Shown here: positions 32,094-44,374 of the stretch, piece after piece
How the letters are laid out: each line of letters begins with the position of its first letter
Numbering within the stretch: position 1 is the first letter of the stretch
Origin: an uncultured Phycisphaerales bacterium
GTDB taxonomy: Bacteria; Planctomycetota; Phycisphaerae; Sedimentisphaerales; Anaerobacaceae
Reading direction: 5' to 3'
Assembly: GCA_963772725.1 (NCBI GenBank)
Contig: CAVYYI010000001.1
Location: 512,001 to 576,000 of the forward strand
Length of the DNA stretch: 64,000 nt
Program-made: the position numbers and the translations under genes
The notes under the pieces: generated by a model
Told to the model about the DNA's origin: nothing
Seen by the model: only the letters and a program-made list of their open reading frames with translations
Databases searched by the model: none

Positions 32094-32806
32094 AAATCCG
32101 CGAAAATCCGTGCCAATCCATAGTTAAAATTCGTCGCTCGTCTCTCGTCGGTTGTTTTTAGCTCTATCCCCTATAAACTAAAACCTATACGCTGTCCGCT
32201 GAACGCTAAAGTATAACTCCCACCGTATTCGTCGGGCAGCTTTCCCCTGCGGCGTTCCATTTTGGATTTTAGATTGCCGATTTTCGATTAAAAGACAACC
32301 ACTCCTTCGATATTACTCAGGACAGGTTTACTATAGACGGTGAGCCTGTCGAACTGGAAGGCCCCAAGACACAAAGAAATAAATATACAAAACTTAGTGC
32401 CTTAGAGTCTTAGTGGTTATCACTATCAAAATCCCCGTTTTTTAAGCATAACATCCCATAAATCAAAAGAGAATGTCATATATGAAGCTTCATCTGTCGT
32501 ATATTAAGCATGATATGCCATTTTTCTTTAGTAAAATTCGTTTTGAAGCTTCAAATGTCATTCTGATTTAAAGAGAAATCGTTTTAACTTAAGAAAAATC
32601 ATTCTGACTTAGTAAAAATCGTTCCTGTTAATCAGTGTCGAAAGAAAGCGTTTAGCGTACGGCGTATTGTGTATTGCGTACAGCGACGCAATACGCACGA
32701 CGCAAAACTATACCCTATCTTGTCAATCCTGTTATCCTGTCTAAAAATCCGGGTTAATCTCGTGTTAATCTGTGTCTGAAAAAACAGTGTTAATCCTGTG
32801 TCGAAA
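32094..32806. repeat. Repeat-dense intergenic region (7-, 9/10- and ~21-nt units, REP-like CCTTCGA...CTCAGGACAGG / GTGAGCCTGTCGAAC)
   Basis: Seen directly; no credible ORF. Confidence 0.7.
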
Positions 32807-32875
32807 AACCAGAGGCCGGAATCGGAAAGCTTTGTCTGATTCTTTTCCGAATTCCGGCTTCTGTATTCTTTTTAT

Positions 32876-33736
32876 TTATTTTCCGCCCTGGAGAGGCAGG
32901 ACGCCGGCCAGATCGCCGATGACATTAATAAGCTCTGAGCCCTGCGGGATCACGATTTTCGCGTTGTCCTTAAGCGATTTTTCCATCGCTTCGAGTTTTC
33001 TGAGTATCTGGGCATTGCCGACAAAATACTTTTCCGCGGCCTCATTGACAAGCCGTATCGCCTCGGCCTCACCTTCAGCGGCAAGGATTTTTGCCTGCTT
33101 GATGCCTTCGGCCTTTTTGATCTCGGATCGTTTTGGTTCCGTCGGCCCCGCGTTCCATCGCGTCGGCAAAATCAAGAGACGCTATTTTTTCATTTTCCGC
33201 CTTGACGACCTTGTTCATTGTTTCCTGAACATCCTTTGGCGGGTCGATTTCCTTCAATTCCGTTCGAACGATTTCCATTCCCCAGCTTTTGGTCTCACGG
33301 GCAAGCGTCGCAAGAAGATCGCCGTTTATCTTGTCTCGTTCGCTGTTTGCCGATTTTAATGTCAGTGTGCCGATGATATTTCGCAGCGTTGTTCGTCGCA
33401 AGATTTACGATCTGCCATTTGTAGCTGTTCACATTGTACTGCGAACTCTTGACGCTTTCCTCGTCGGCCTTGACCTTGAAATAGACCTGCGCATCAACTT
33501 TCGCGTTAAGATTGTCGTTGGTGATGATCTCCTGCGGTTCGGCATCGACCATTGTCTCAGTGATATTCACGACTGATCATTCTGTCTATCACAGGAATGA
33601 TCCAGTTAAAGCCCGGAGTGGCGAATTTTTGGTATTTTCCCAGCCGCTCGACAAGGCCTCGCTCGGTAGGCCGAACAATTCGGATGCCGGACAAAAAAAG
33701 GAATACAACAACCGCACCTACAATAGGCCAAATCAT
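32876..33736 (-). CDS. SPFH/band-7 (QmcA-like) protein (several apparent frameshifts)
   Basis: SGIRIVRPTERGLVERLGKY start, QEIITNDN, EIDPPKDVQETM and AEGEAEAI in successive frames. Confidence 0.85.
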
Positions 33737-33859
33737 AATTTACCTCCGTTTCTTTTAAATATTTTTTCCGCTCAAAACGACCCCGTAATAAATCGCGGGG
33801 CTAACTATATAGCTAATTGTATGCTTTTTGGCAAAACCTGCAAGGTTTTATTTGCCGCG

Positions 33860-36800
33860 AGATTATTGTTGTTTATAAAGTTCGCTGACGTCGACGGCGC
33901 CTTGTTTCATTTCAAATCGCCATTTCCAGATCGCGTATAAGCGGCGGATAGACAAGCAGTTCGAGAATAAAGCTGGTGAGAATGCCGCCAATCATCGGCG
34001 CGGCGATGCGTTTCATCATATCGGCGCCTGTTCCCATCGACCACATAATCGGAATAAGACCCATAAACATCGCCATCACGGTCATCATCTTTGGCCGAAT
34101 GCGTTTGACGGCGCCGTGAATAATCGCTTCCTTAAGATCGGCCAAAGTTTTCATTTTGCCTCTGAGCAAGCCATATCTTTATATGACAGATCGAGAAACA
34201 GCAGCATAAAAACGCCCGTTTCGGCATCAAGCCCCATAAGGGCAATCATCCCGACCCATACCGCAATCGAAATATTGTAGCCGAGAATATAAAGCAGCCA
34301 TATCGCGCCGATCAAGTGAAAACGGCACGGCAAGCATGACAATGCAGGTCTTGACGACATTTTTAGTATTCATATAGAGCAAAATAAAAATGATAAGAAT
34401 TGTCAGCGGCATAACGACTTTAAGGCGGGCTCTCGACGCGAAGCATATTTTCAAATTGGCCGCTCCACTGCAGTGAATAGCCGGCGGGAAGTTGAAGCTT
34501 TTTGCAGCACAGCCTTTTTGGCTTGCGCAACATAACCGCCGACATCGCTTGTGCGATATCGACATACACATAGCCGGCCAGCATGCCGTTTTCATCGCGT
34601 ATCATCGAAGGGCCAAGACGAGACACTTATATCGGCAAGTTCGCGCAAGCGGTATCTGTGCGCCGGACATTGTCGGCACAAGAACCCGCTTGAGTTTTTC
34701 GAGGTCATCGCGAAAATCTCGGGCGTAGCGGACGTTGATGCTATAACGTTCCGTGCCCTTCGAATAGCGGTCGTAACATTTTCGCCGCCAACGGCGGACA
34801 TTATAATATCCTCAGCATCCTGAATAGTCAGGCCATAACGGGCCAACTGCTCACGTTTAAGCGTAAAATCGACAAAATAGCCGCCAGAAACACGCTCGGC
34901 ATAAACGCTGCGAGTACCGGGCAAAGGTTTGATAATTTGCTCAATCTGAATGCCGATTTTTTCAATTTGCGTTAAGGTCCGGGCCATAAATTTTTATACC
35001 GACCGGCGTGCGAATGCCGGTAGAAAGCATATCGATTCTTGCCTTTATCGGCATTGTCCAGGCGTTGGTTACGCCGGGAATTTGCATTTTCTCATTCATT
35101 TCATCGATGAGTTTTTCCCACGTCATACCTCGCCGCCACTGTGATTTATCTTTAAGCACGACAGTCGTTTCCATCATCGAAAATGGAGCGGGGTCGGTGG
35201 AGGTATTGGCGCGGCCGGCCTTGCCGAATACCCGTTCAACTTCAGGAAATGTCATAAGGATCTTATCCTGTATCTGCAGAAGATTCGCCGCCTCGGTAAC
35301 AGATATTCCCGGCAGCGTGGTGGGCATATAAAGGATCGTACCCTCATTCAATGGCGGCATAAATTCAGAACCAAGCTGGAAATATACCGGCACGGTAATA
35401 ATCATAAGCACCAGTGCAGAAATTACGGTGAGCTTGCGATGTTCGAGAACAAAATTGCACACCGGCTCATAAATCGCAAAAAGCATTCTGCTGACAGGAT
35501 GTTTTTCTTCGGGATAATATTTGCCGACGGTTATAGAGTTATAGAGATTTGAAAGCCACCGGGGCTTGAAATGGTTATAATCCATACGTGTAAAAAGCAT
35601 TCGTAATGGCCGGGTCAAGCGTGATGGCGAGAATGGCCGCAATCGCCATCGCAAGGTTTTTGCTGTATGCCAGCGGCTTAAAGAGCCGGCCTTCCTGGTC
35701 AACCAGAGTAAAAATCGGCAAAAACGCCACCGCGATAACCAGCAGCGAAAAGAATACCGACGGGCCGACTTCCTTTAAGGCGTTCAAGACGAATAACATG
35801 ATAATCGCCCTTTCGTCCGCCTGCCTCCCACAACTGCAATTTTTTATAGGCGTTTTCAACCTCGACGATCGCGCCATCGACCAGCACGCCTATCGAAATG
35901 GCGATACCGGAAAGCGACATGATATTCGAGGTGAGCTTCATGCCGTACATCGGAATAAACGACAACAGCACGGCAATTGGTATCGTAACAATCGGAATGA
36001 TCGCCGACGGAAAATGCCAGAGGAAAACAGCAGAATCACAAAACTGACAATGATCATTTCCTCGATAAGCTGATGTTTGAGCGTGTCGATTGCGCGATTG
36101 ATCAGTTCGGAGCGGTCGTAGGTGGTTACGATCTCAACGCCTTTGGGCAGCGAAGGCTTTATTTCCTCGATTTTGGCTTTGACGCGAGTTGATGACATTG
36201 AGCGCATTTTCACCCTGCCGCATAACGACAATGCCGCCGACCGTATCGCCCTGCCCGTCGAGATCGGCCACGCCTCTGCGAATATCCGGCCCGAGAACAA
36301 CGCTGGCGACATTTTTGACCAGCACCGGCGTGCCCGCACCATCTGTGCCGATAACGGTTTCTTCAAGGTCCTTCGGCGATTTGACATAGCCCTTTGGCCC
36401 GCACCATATATTCAGTGCCGGACATCTCCAGCAGGCGGCCGCCGACTTCATTATTACTTTGCCTGACGGCCTCGAACAACTTTGGTCAGCGGGATATTAT
36501 AGGCCAGCAGCGCGTTGGGATTGACATTCACCTGATATTGCTTTTGAAAGCCGCCGACTGCCGCGACTTCGGCAACGCCCGGCACGCTTTGAAGCCAGTA
36601 TCGCAGATACCAATCCTGAAATGTCCGCAAATCCGCAAGGCTGTTGTTGCCGGATTTATCGACCAGCGCATATTGATAGACCCAGCCGACACCGGTGGCA
36701 TCAGGGCCGATTTCCGTTTGAACGCCCTGCGGCAGTTTGGGCAATAATTTTGTTGAGATATTCGAGCGTGCGGCTTCTGGCCCAGTAAATATCTGTGCCG

Positions 36801-37093
36801 TCCTTGAAAATCACATAAACATACGAAAAACCAAAATCGGAAAATCCGCGTATCGCCTTGACATTCGGTGCGCCGAGCATCGCGGTAACAATCGGGTAGG
36901 TAACCTGATCCTCCATAATGTCCGGGCTTCTGTCCCAGCGCGAATAAATGATAACCTGCGTATCGGACAGGTCGGGAATGGCATCGAGCGGCATATTTTG
37001 TATGCAATACACCGCGCCTATCATGGCGGCCAGCGTAAAGAATATGACGATGAATTTATTTTTTGCGGAAAATTCTATTATCTTAGGTATCAT
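33860..37093 (-). pseudogene. cusA: CusA/CzcA heavy-metal RND permease, broken by many indels as sequenced (3' end approximate)
   Basis: LDAIPDLSDTQV, GPDATGVGWVYQY, GSEFMPPLNEG, DPAPFSMMET, RIDMLSTG and RIRPKMMT in about 12 fragments. Confidence 0.9.
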
Positions 37094-38306
37094 TAGTGTC
37101 CTGTGTGTTCCGTTGGTGTTTTATTTTGTTCCGTCATTTGCCCTAACACTGTGTTTAATTTGGATTCCGAATCAACAAGAAAATTGCCGGAAGTTACAAC
37201 GGTCTGGTTTTCCGTCAGTCCCTGCAGTACTTCATAATATCCGCCGGCTTTCGGGCCGAGAATTACTTCTTGCGGCTGAAAAAAACCATCAGGCTTGGCG
37301 ATAAAAACAATTTTTTTAGTGCCGCTGTTTAAAATCGCATCATTCGGAACAGCGAGTTTTTCACCGAGGTCGTAAATTATTTTGGCGTTTACGTACATTT
37401 GCGGCTTTAGCTCATTGTTCGGGTCTTCAACGAGAGCGCGGACTTTAAGCGTGCGGGCCATTTTTTCAACTATCGGGGCAACAGCTATAACGTTACCATT
37501 GAAAATCTTGCCCGGATAGGCTATAGCTTGAATTTGCACAGCCTGATTTTCTTTGACCAAATCTGTTTCATATTCATAAATAGTTATGTACACCCAGACT
37601 TTGCCGCCTTCGGGCAGATATAAAGACTGCTGAGGCTGCCCCTTTTTTCAAGCTCAGTGATTTCAGCTTCGCTCATACCGAGAAGCAGGAGTTTACGCTT
37701 TGCTGCATTAACAAGCGGGCTTAATTGTTCTTCTGTATATTTAAGACTGCTTGACTGCATTGTTTTGCGGGTCTGAATCGCCTCTATATATTCCTGCTGC
37801 GCGACAAATAAATCCGGGTCGTAGGCGACAATGCCAACTGTCAAAATCTGGCCGGCTAACCTGCGTCTTTCCAGCTTTTGAGTTTTAACGCCGATTAACT
37901 GCTGTTTTTCAGGACTGATAAAAACCCCTGAAGAAGCCGCCTGAGTCTCTTCGTAAACCGGTACATAATCCATACCCATCTGATCTTTCATCGGCACAGG
38001 CGAAGTTACCGAAGGATTCATAGGATTTCGGTAATACAGTAATCTCTTTTTACCGGGTTCAGCAGTTTTGCCGGATGCAGGCGGATTTTCGGAACTCTGC
38101 CTTTTGACAAGACTCATCCCGCAGATGGAGCATTCGCCCGGTTTATCCGAAGTGAAAGCTGGATGCATCGGGCAATAGTATATGTCCTTTTGCCCTGCGA
38201 CGGTGGGGTGTCCCGTCAGAAAGTGATAACGGCTGTTCAAAAAAAATCCTGCCCCGGCAATTATCGCCGCTATGACAACAACGGTAATTATGCTGCTCTT
38301 TTTCAT
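37093..38306 (-). CDS. cusB: CusB-like RND periplasmic adaptor with metal-binding domains (apparent frameshift ~37630)
   Basis: YYCPMHP...CSICGMSL, YYRNPMNP...MGMDYVP, VTSGNFLVDSES. Confidence 0.88.
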
Positions 38307-38323
38307 TTTTTGTCTTTGCCTCG

Positions 38324-38632
38324 CTATTTTGCGAACTGTGGAAGTTTGCTGATGTATTTTTCAGGGTCCTTTTCAAATTCTCCCTTGCAGCTTGGACAGC
38401 AGAAATAAACTTTTTTGCCTTTGTATTCGACAAAGATGCTCTTGTCTATGGCACCGCCCATAACAGGGCACATAGTTTGTTCCGTTGTCATTACGGCGGC
38501 AGGGGCATTTGCGGACGGCGGTGAAACAGGCTGTGGTGACTTTTTTCTGCAGCCGTCAAATACAAAAAGCCCGACAGTTAAAACCGCGGCGATTAACAAG
38601 GCCGCATTGAAACTCATTCTTTCATAAGTCAT
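38324..38632 (-). CDS. YHS-domain putative lipoprotein
   Basis: Signal peptide ending DGC; CPVMG...YKGKKVYFCCPSCK...PEKY. Confidence 0.85.
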   Translation of the reverse strand: MTYERMSFNAALLIAAVLTVGLFVFDGCRKKSPQPVSPPSANAPAAVMTTEQTMCPVMGGAIDKSIFVEYKGKKVYFCCPSCKGEFEKDPEKYISKLPQFAK

Positions 38633-39894
38633 TTTTTTTGCTCCTTAAATATATCGTATAATTCTGTTCCGCTGAGCATTTCAAGCTCGGCTAATTTCTG
38701 AGCGTTATCAGCCAAAGACCTTTCATAGAGAAGCTGATAGTCCAGAAGGCTTCTCTGAGCGTCAATAAGAGTAAGAAAATCAACGCTGCCCGATTGATAA
38801 GCGCTTTCACAGGCCAGCAACTGCTCTTTTGCCTTTGGTATTAAAATATCGCGGTAAAGATTGATTTTTCGTATGCTGTCATCGAATTCAAAAAGCATCT
38901 GCTGAGCCTGTGCTGCCAGTGTGTTCTGCATCTGTTGTTTTTCCTGGGTAGCACGGTTCATCATCGCGACAGCCTGTCTTTCGCCTGCTTTATAATTTTC
39001 TCGCCATATAGGCAGAGTAATCGAGATTATTGGCATAATTCTCGTCCCCATGTTCCTGCCCATCCCCTCATCCACGGAAACGCCGACACCTAAATCAGGA
39101 TAAAATCTTTTCCCCGCGAGTTTTCTGTTGCTGCCGGCCGTATCAATATCATAGCCCAGAGCCTTGAGGTCCGGATTATTTTGAACAATAAGCGAATAGA
39201 CCTGCCCGAATTCAAGATTCACCGGATTAAATTCCGGTCCCTTAGGCCAGGCAAGCGACGCGCCGGCGGGACGGTTTAAAATGCTGTTTAATTTAGTTGC
39301 CAGGGGCTGACGATAGGCGTTTAATGTGCGAAGGTTATCTTCCAGCGTGGCTAAAGCTATCTGGGTTTTAATTATATCCGGATGCGTGGTCGCTGAAACG
39401 CCGTATCTTGTCCTCGCGATTTTTTCAAAATGCCTCACAAGTTCCATATTTTCAGTGGTAATTTCAATGGATTGTGCCAGGTAACTGTATTCATAAAACC
39501 ATTTTTTAAGGTCGTTGAGGACTTCGAGCTTTTTGGCCTCGTATTTTTTGTAAGCTGACTTCGCTGAAAAAGACGCCGCCTCAGTTCTTAATCCGATGGT
39601 GCCGAACCACGGAAATTCCTGCATGAATTCAAATGTGCTTCGCTGCGGCGTGTTCTCCGTCGCGTAGCCATAAGATATTCGCGGGTCGGGAAGTGCTTTT
39701 TCCTGCGTTATCTGTTCTGATACGGCGACAAACTGCTGATAGGCGGCCTTTACACCGGCGTTGTTGGCTAAAGCTGTCGAAATATACTGTTCTAAAGTGG
39801 TAGGGCCATTGATGTCAGGCGTTGATGAGGCGGTTTCGCCAGAGCAGACAGAATAAGCGACTAAAAAGATAATGCTAAGAATCAGACTTTTCAT
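38629..39894 (-). CDS. TolC-family outer-membrane efflux protein
   Basis: ALANN, ALPDP, QEFPWFG, YQSGSVDFLTLIDAQR motifs. Confidence 0.9.
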   Translation of the reverse strand: MKSLILSIIFLVAYSVCSGETASSTPDINGPTTLEQYISTALANNAGVKAAYQQFVAVSEQITQEKALPDPRISYGYATENTPQRSTFEFMQEFPWFGTIGLRTEAASFSAKSAYKKYEAKKLEVLNDLKKWFYEYSYLAQSIEITTENMELVRHFEKIARTRYGVSATTHPDIIKTQIALATLEDNLRTLNAYRQPLATKLNSILNRPAGASLAWPKGPEFNPVNLEFGQVYSLIVQNNPDLKALGYDIDTAGSNRKLAGKRFYPDLGVGVSVDEGMGRNMGTRIMPIISITLPIWRENYKAGERQAVAMMNRATQEKQQMQNTLAAQAQQMLFEFDDSIRKINLYRDILIPKAKEQLLACESAYQSGSVDFLTLIDAQRSLLDYQLLYERSLADNAQKLAELEMLSGTELYDIFKEQKK

Positions 39895-39975
39895 ATTAAT
39901 TCCCCAAATTTTCGCTCATTATAACAGACTGTCACCGCAAAACTCAACTAAAAAAATCAGATGTTTTAAAAAAAA

Positions 39976-40257
39976 TTAACCTTTACGGGTTCGATGTATA
40001 AGTTTTAAAACTTCGGCCAGTTTTTGCTGTTTTTCCTTTTCCGAACTTCCCTTCACGGCCTCCGTTACGCAATGCTGGAAGTGCTTTTCCAGAATTTTTT
40101 CTTCCACGCGGCCAAGAGCACCTTTGATTGCCTGTATCTGGGTTAAAATATCGATACAGTATTGGCGCTCTTCAATCATTTTTTGAACGCCACGAACCTG
40201 TCCCTCGATTCGCCTTAACGCGGCAAGATTAACTTCATGGCCTGGATTTTTGTTCAT
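39976..40257 (-). CDS. csoR: CsoR/RcnR-family metal-sensing repressor
   Basis: LRRIEGQVRG, YCIDIL, HFQHC (C-H-C fingerprint). Confidence 0.9.
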   Translation of the reverse strand: MNKNPGHEVNLAALRRIEGQVRGVQKMIEERQYCIDILTQIQAIKGALGRVEEKILEKHFQHCVTEAVKGSSEKEKQQKLAEVLKLIHRTRKG

Positions 40258-40286
40258 TTCTCATTTCCTTTCCATCGCTATCCCAT

Positions 40287-40305
40287 TATACCCCCATGGG
40301 GTATA
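40287..40305. promoter_or_regulatory. CsoR-type operator
   Basis: TATACCCC-CAT-GGGGTATA palindrome 30 bp upstream of csoR. Confidence 0.8.
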
Positions 40306-40439
40306 TTTGTTCAAGAAAATTTTATTTTAATTCCGGGAAGATATTAACTTTGGTAAATAACGCGATAAACTAAAATATTGCAAACTGCGAGGCGTTATTA
40401 TATATTAGCGTGATATTAGTAAACAGAATACTTAAGTAG

Positions 40440-41901
<1,462 letters not shown>

Positions 41902-41926
41902 ACGTTAATCTTATTTTGGAGTAATT

Positions 41927-42505
41927 ATGGTTAATTATGCAACTTACGCGGATGTGTTTGCCCCATCTGTGAAAAAATACGCGGGGCTTTACAATGTTAC
42001 TTTGATTATAGCGGGTTCTCTGCTTATAGCGTTATGTGCGCAGATTGCGATACCTCTGCCTTTTAGTCCTGTTCCGGTTACGGGGCAGACTTTCGCGATT
42101 CTGATGGTAGGGGCGTTACTTGGCGCCAAGCGGGGGAGCTTAGCTGTCCTTGCGTATCTTGCAGAAGGTGTTGCGGGTTTGCCGGTGTTTTCGTTGGCAA
42201 GGGGAGGCGTTATGATGTTCGCCGGGCCGACCGCGGGTTATCTTTTCGGCTTTGTTGTCGCCGCTTATATCGTTGGATTTCTGGCAGAACGCGGCTGGGA
42301 TAGACGCATTTCGACGACAATTTTCACGATGATTTTAGGTTTGGCTGTCATCTATGGTTTCGGTGTTCTTTGGCTATCGGTTTTATTCAAAAGTTTCAAT
42401 GCCGCTTTGGCGTTTGGATTTTACCCCTTTATGATTGGCGAAGTTCTGAAAGTTTCACTGGCCGCCTTATTGCTGCCTGTCGGCTGGAAATTTCTTAAAA
42501 AATAA
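41927..42505 (+). CDS. bioY: Biotin transporter BioY
   Basis: PVPVTGQT, GLPVF and GPTAGYLFGF motifs. Confidence 0.92.
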   Translation: MVNYATYADVFAPSVKKYAGLYNVTLIIAGSLLIALCAQIAIPLPFSPVPVTGQTFAILMVGALLGAKRGSLAVLAYLAEGVAGLPVFSLARGGVMMFAGPTAGYLFGFVVAAYIVGFLAERGWDRRISTTIFTMILGLAVIYGFGVLWLSVLFKSFNAALAFGFYPFMIGEVLKVSLAALLLPVGWKFLKK

Positions 42506-42534
42506 ATTCCCGCAGGGTAATCGCTTTACATAAT

Positions 42535-43304
42535 TTATCTGTTGTGCAGGGCGGCGGGGTCCTGGTGATAGAAACGTTTCAGTTCATCGTATAAGTCCGG
42601 GTGTTGTGTGCGCAAGTCCACGGACTGCTCGAAAAAACTTTCGGTGGCGACGGCGAAAAATTCGGCGGGGTTGGTTGCGCCGTATCCGTTCAGAAGTGTC
42701 TGATGATTGTTGCGGACGTCGTGGCGGAGCTTTTCGTAATCTTTTTGTAAGATACGTGCCCAGGTTGCAAAGCATTGACGGCAGTGCAGGATTTCGCTGC
42801 TGTCGCCTTTGCCGGCGGAGCTGTCGAGCTGGTGGGCGAATTCGTGGAGGACGACGTTATGCCCGCCGTGAGCGTCGGAGCTGCTTTTCGTACATCGTCC
42901 CAGGAGAGGACGACCGAGCCTCTATGCCAGGATTCTCCCTGACGGACGTCGGGTCTTTCAAGAATCACACCGCCTTCGAGATATTCAACTTGTGTGGCTA
43001 CATACGCTTCAGGATAAACCAGTACGGTGTAAAGGCCGGGATAATAATCGGTTTGCCGATGGAGCAGGAGAATGCAGGCGTGGGCGGCTATGGTGACTTT
43101 AATCTCGTCAGTAATGGCCAGTCCGCCGCAGCCTTCGAAGAGTTTTTCAGCCAGAAAGATTTTGATATGGTTTTGGAGTTCCTGTTTATCTTCCGGCGGC
43201 AGGAGGCGGTAGAGAGGCACATTTTTCTCGACAATATCCAACCAATCCTGCGGGAAATTCCGCGATATGATTCTTTTTCTCCGCCATTTTTTAAACCAGA
43301 ACAT
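42535..43304 (-). CDS. mtfA: MtfA-like (M90) zinc metallopeptidase (apparent frameshifts)
   Basis: EKLFEGCGGL, GESWHRGSVVLSW; VLHEFAHQ (HExxH) read at ~42830-42853 in a shifted frame. Confidence 0.85.
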
Positions 43305-43363
43305 ATATTTCTTCAGGCTTTAATTTGAATGGGTTGTCCGAAATTGACACAGGTTAAAAAAAA

Positions 43364-43435
43364 TGGGCCCGCAAGGATTTGAACCTTGGACCAAGGGATT
43401 ATGAGTCCCCTGCTCTACCGCTGAGCTACGAGCCC
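43364..43435 (-). tRNA. tRNA with CAT anticodon, probably tRNA-Ile2 (lysidine type)
   Basis: GGGCTCGTAGCTCAGCGGTAGAGCAGGGGACTCATAATCCCTTGGTCC...GGGCCCA; acceptor stem identical to this window's tRNA-Ile(GAT); promoter TTGCAA-17-TAAATT at 43467-43495. Confidence 0.9.
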
Positions 43436-43661
43436 GAAAAACACCGTAAAAAAATTCGGCACAGGTAATTTACACCAAAAATCCTGATATTGCAAGAAGC
43501 TGGCAGAAAAAAGAATAATATTTCACCGCCTGCAAAAAGTCATGAGTCAATAAGTATCTTCCATAACATAAAAATAAACACTGCTTGCGTTTTTTAGTAA
43601 AATGGATATATTGAGGGTTGCGTTGTGAGAGATAAAAACAATGTTAATCGGGGGTACGAAT

Positions 43662-44291
43662 ATGAACAAAATATGCAGTATAATTTTGATGGGGCTGGTG
43701 GTGCTTTTCGGCTGTAAAAACCAGAAAAACAATGAAACAACAACAAAAAACGGGAATTCGCCCGCGGCGGCCAAGCCGGATTCAAACCAGAATAAGCAGA
43801 GCGATTCTCAAGTGCAAGGAGACAAAACAATGGCTATAAAAGTAACAAGTTCAGCGTTTAGCAATGAGGGGATGATACCCCCCAAATATACCTGCGACGG
43901 CGAAGATATTTCTCCGCCGTTAGCCTGGGATGACATACCTGCGGGGACAAAGAGTATCTCGCTCATCAGCGATGACCCCGATGCGCCAGTCGGCACATGG
44001 GTGCATTGGGTGATGTGGAATATCCCGGCTGATAAAAAAGGATTAGCTGAGAATGTTTCGCCTGATGAAAGTCTTGCGGACGGGTCGATGCAGGGGATAA
44101 CGGATTTTAAGCGTCCTGGGTATGGCGGGCCATGTCCGCCGAGCGGGACGCACAGGTACTACTTCAAGGTTTACGCACTTGATACGAATCTTGAGTTGGG
44201 CAAAACAACGACAAAGAAGGATTTGCTCAAGGCGATGGAAGGTCATATCCTCGCACAAGGCCAGTTGATGGGCAAATACAAAAGGCGGTAG
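43662..44291 (+). CDS. YbhB/YbcL (PEBP) family protein with lipoprotein signal
   Basis: VLFGC lipobox; DPDAP, WVHW, YGGPCPPSGTHRYYF. Confidence 0.9.
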   Translation: MNKICSIILMGLVVLFGCKNQKNNETTTKNGNSPAAAKPDSNQNKQSDSQVQGDKTMAIKVTSSAFSNEGMIPPKYTCDGEDISPPLAWDDIPAGTKSISLISDDPDAPVGTWVHWVMWNIPADKKGLAENVSPDESLADGSMQGITDFKRPGYGGPCPPSGTHRYYFKVYALDTNLELGKTTTKKDLLKAMEGHILAQGQLMGKYKRR

Positions 44292-44374
44292 GGCATTCAA
44301 TTCTTGATTTTGGATTTTAGTTTAAAAATCGAAAATCGGCAATGAAATCGAAAATTGAATGCGTCCTCACAGGT

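Noticed and set aside
32094..32806. CRISPR array or integron attC array
   Set aside because: No identical repeats with unique spacers, no cas or intI gene, and no convincing attC core sites.
42606..43328. 240-aa Arg-rich plus-strand ORF
   Set aside because: Antisense to the MtfA-like gene.
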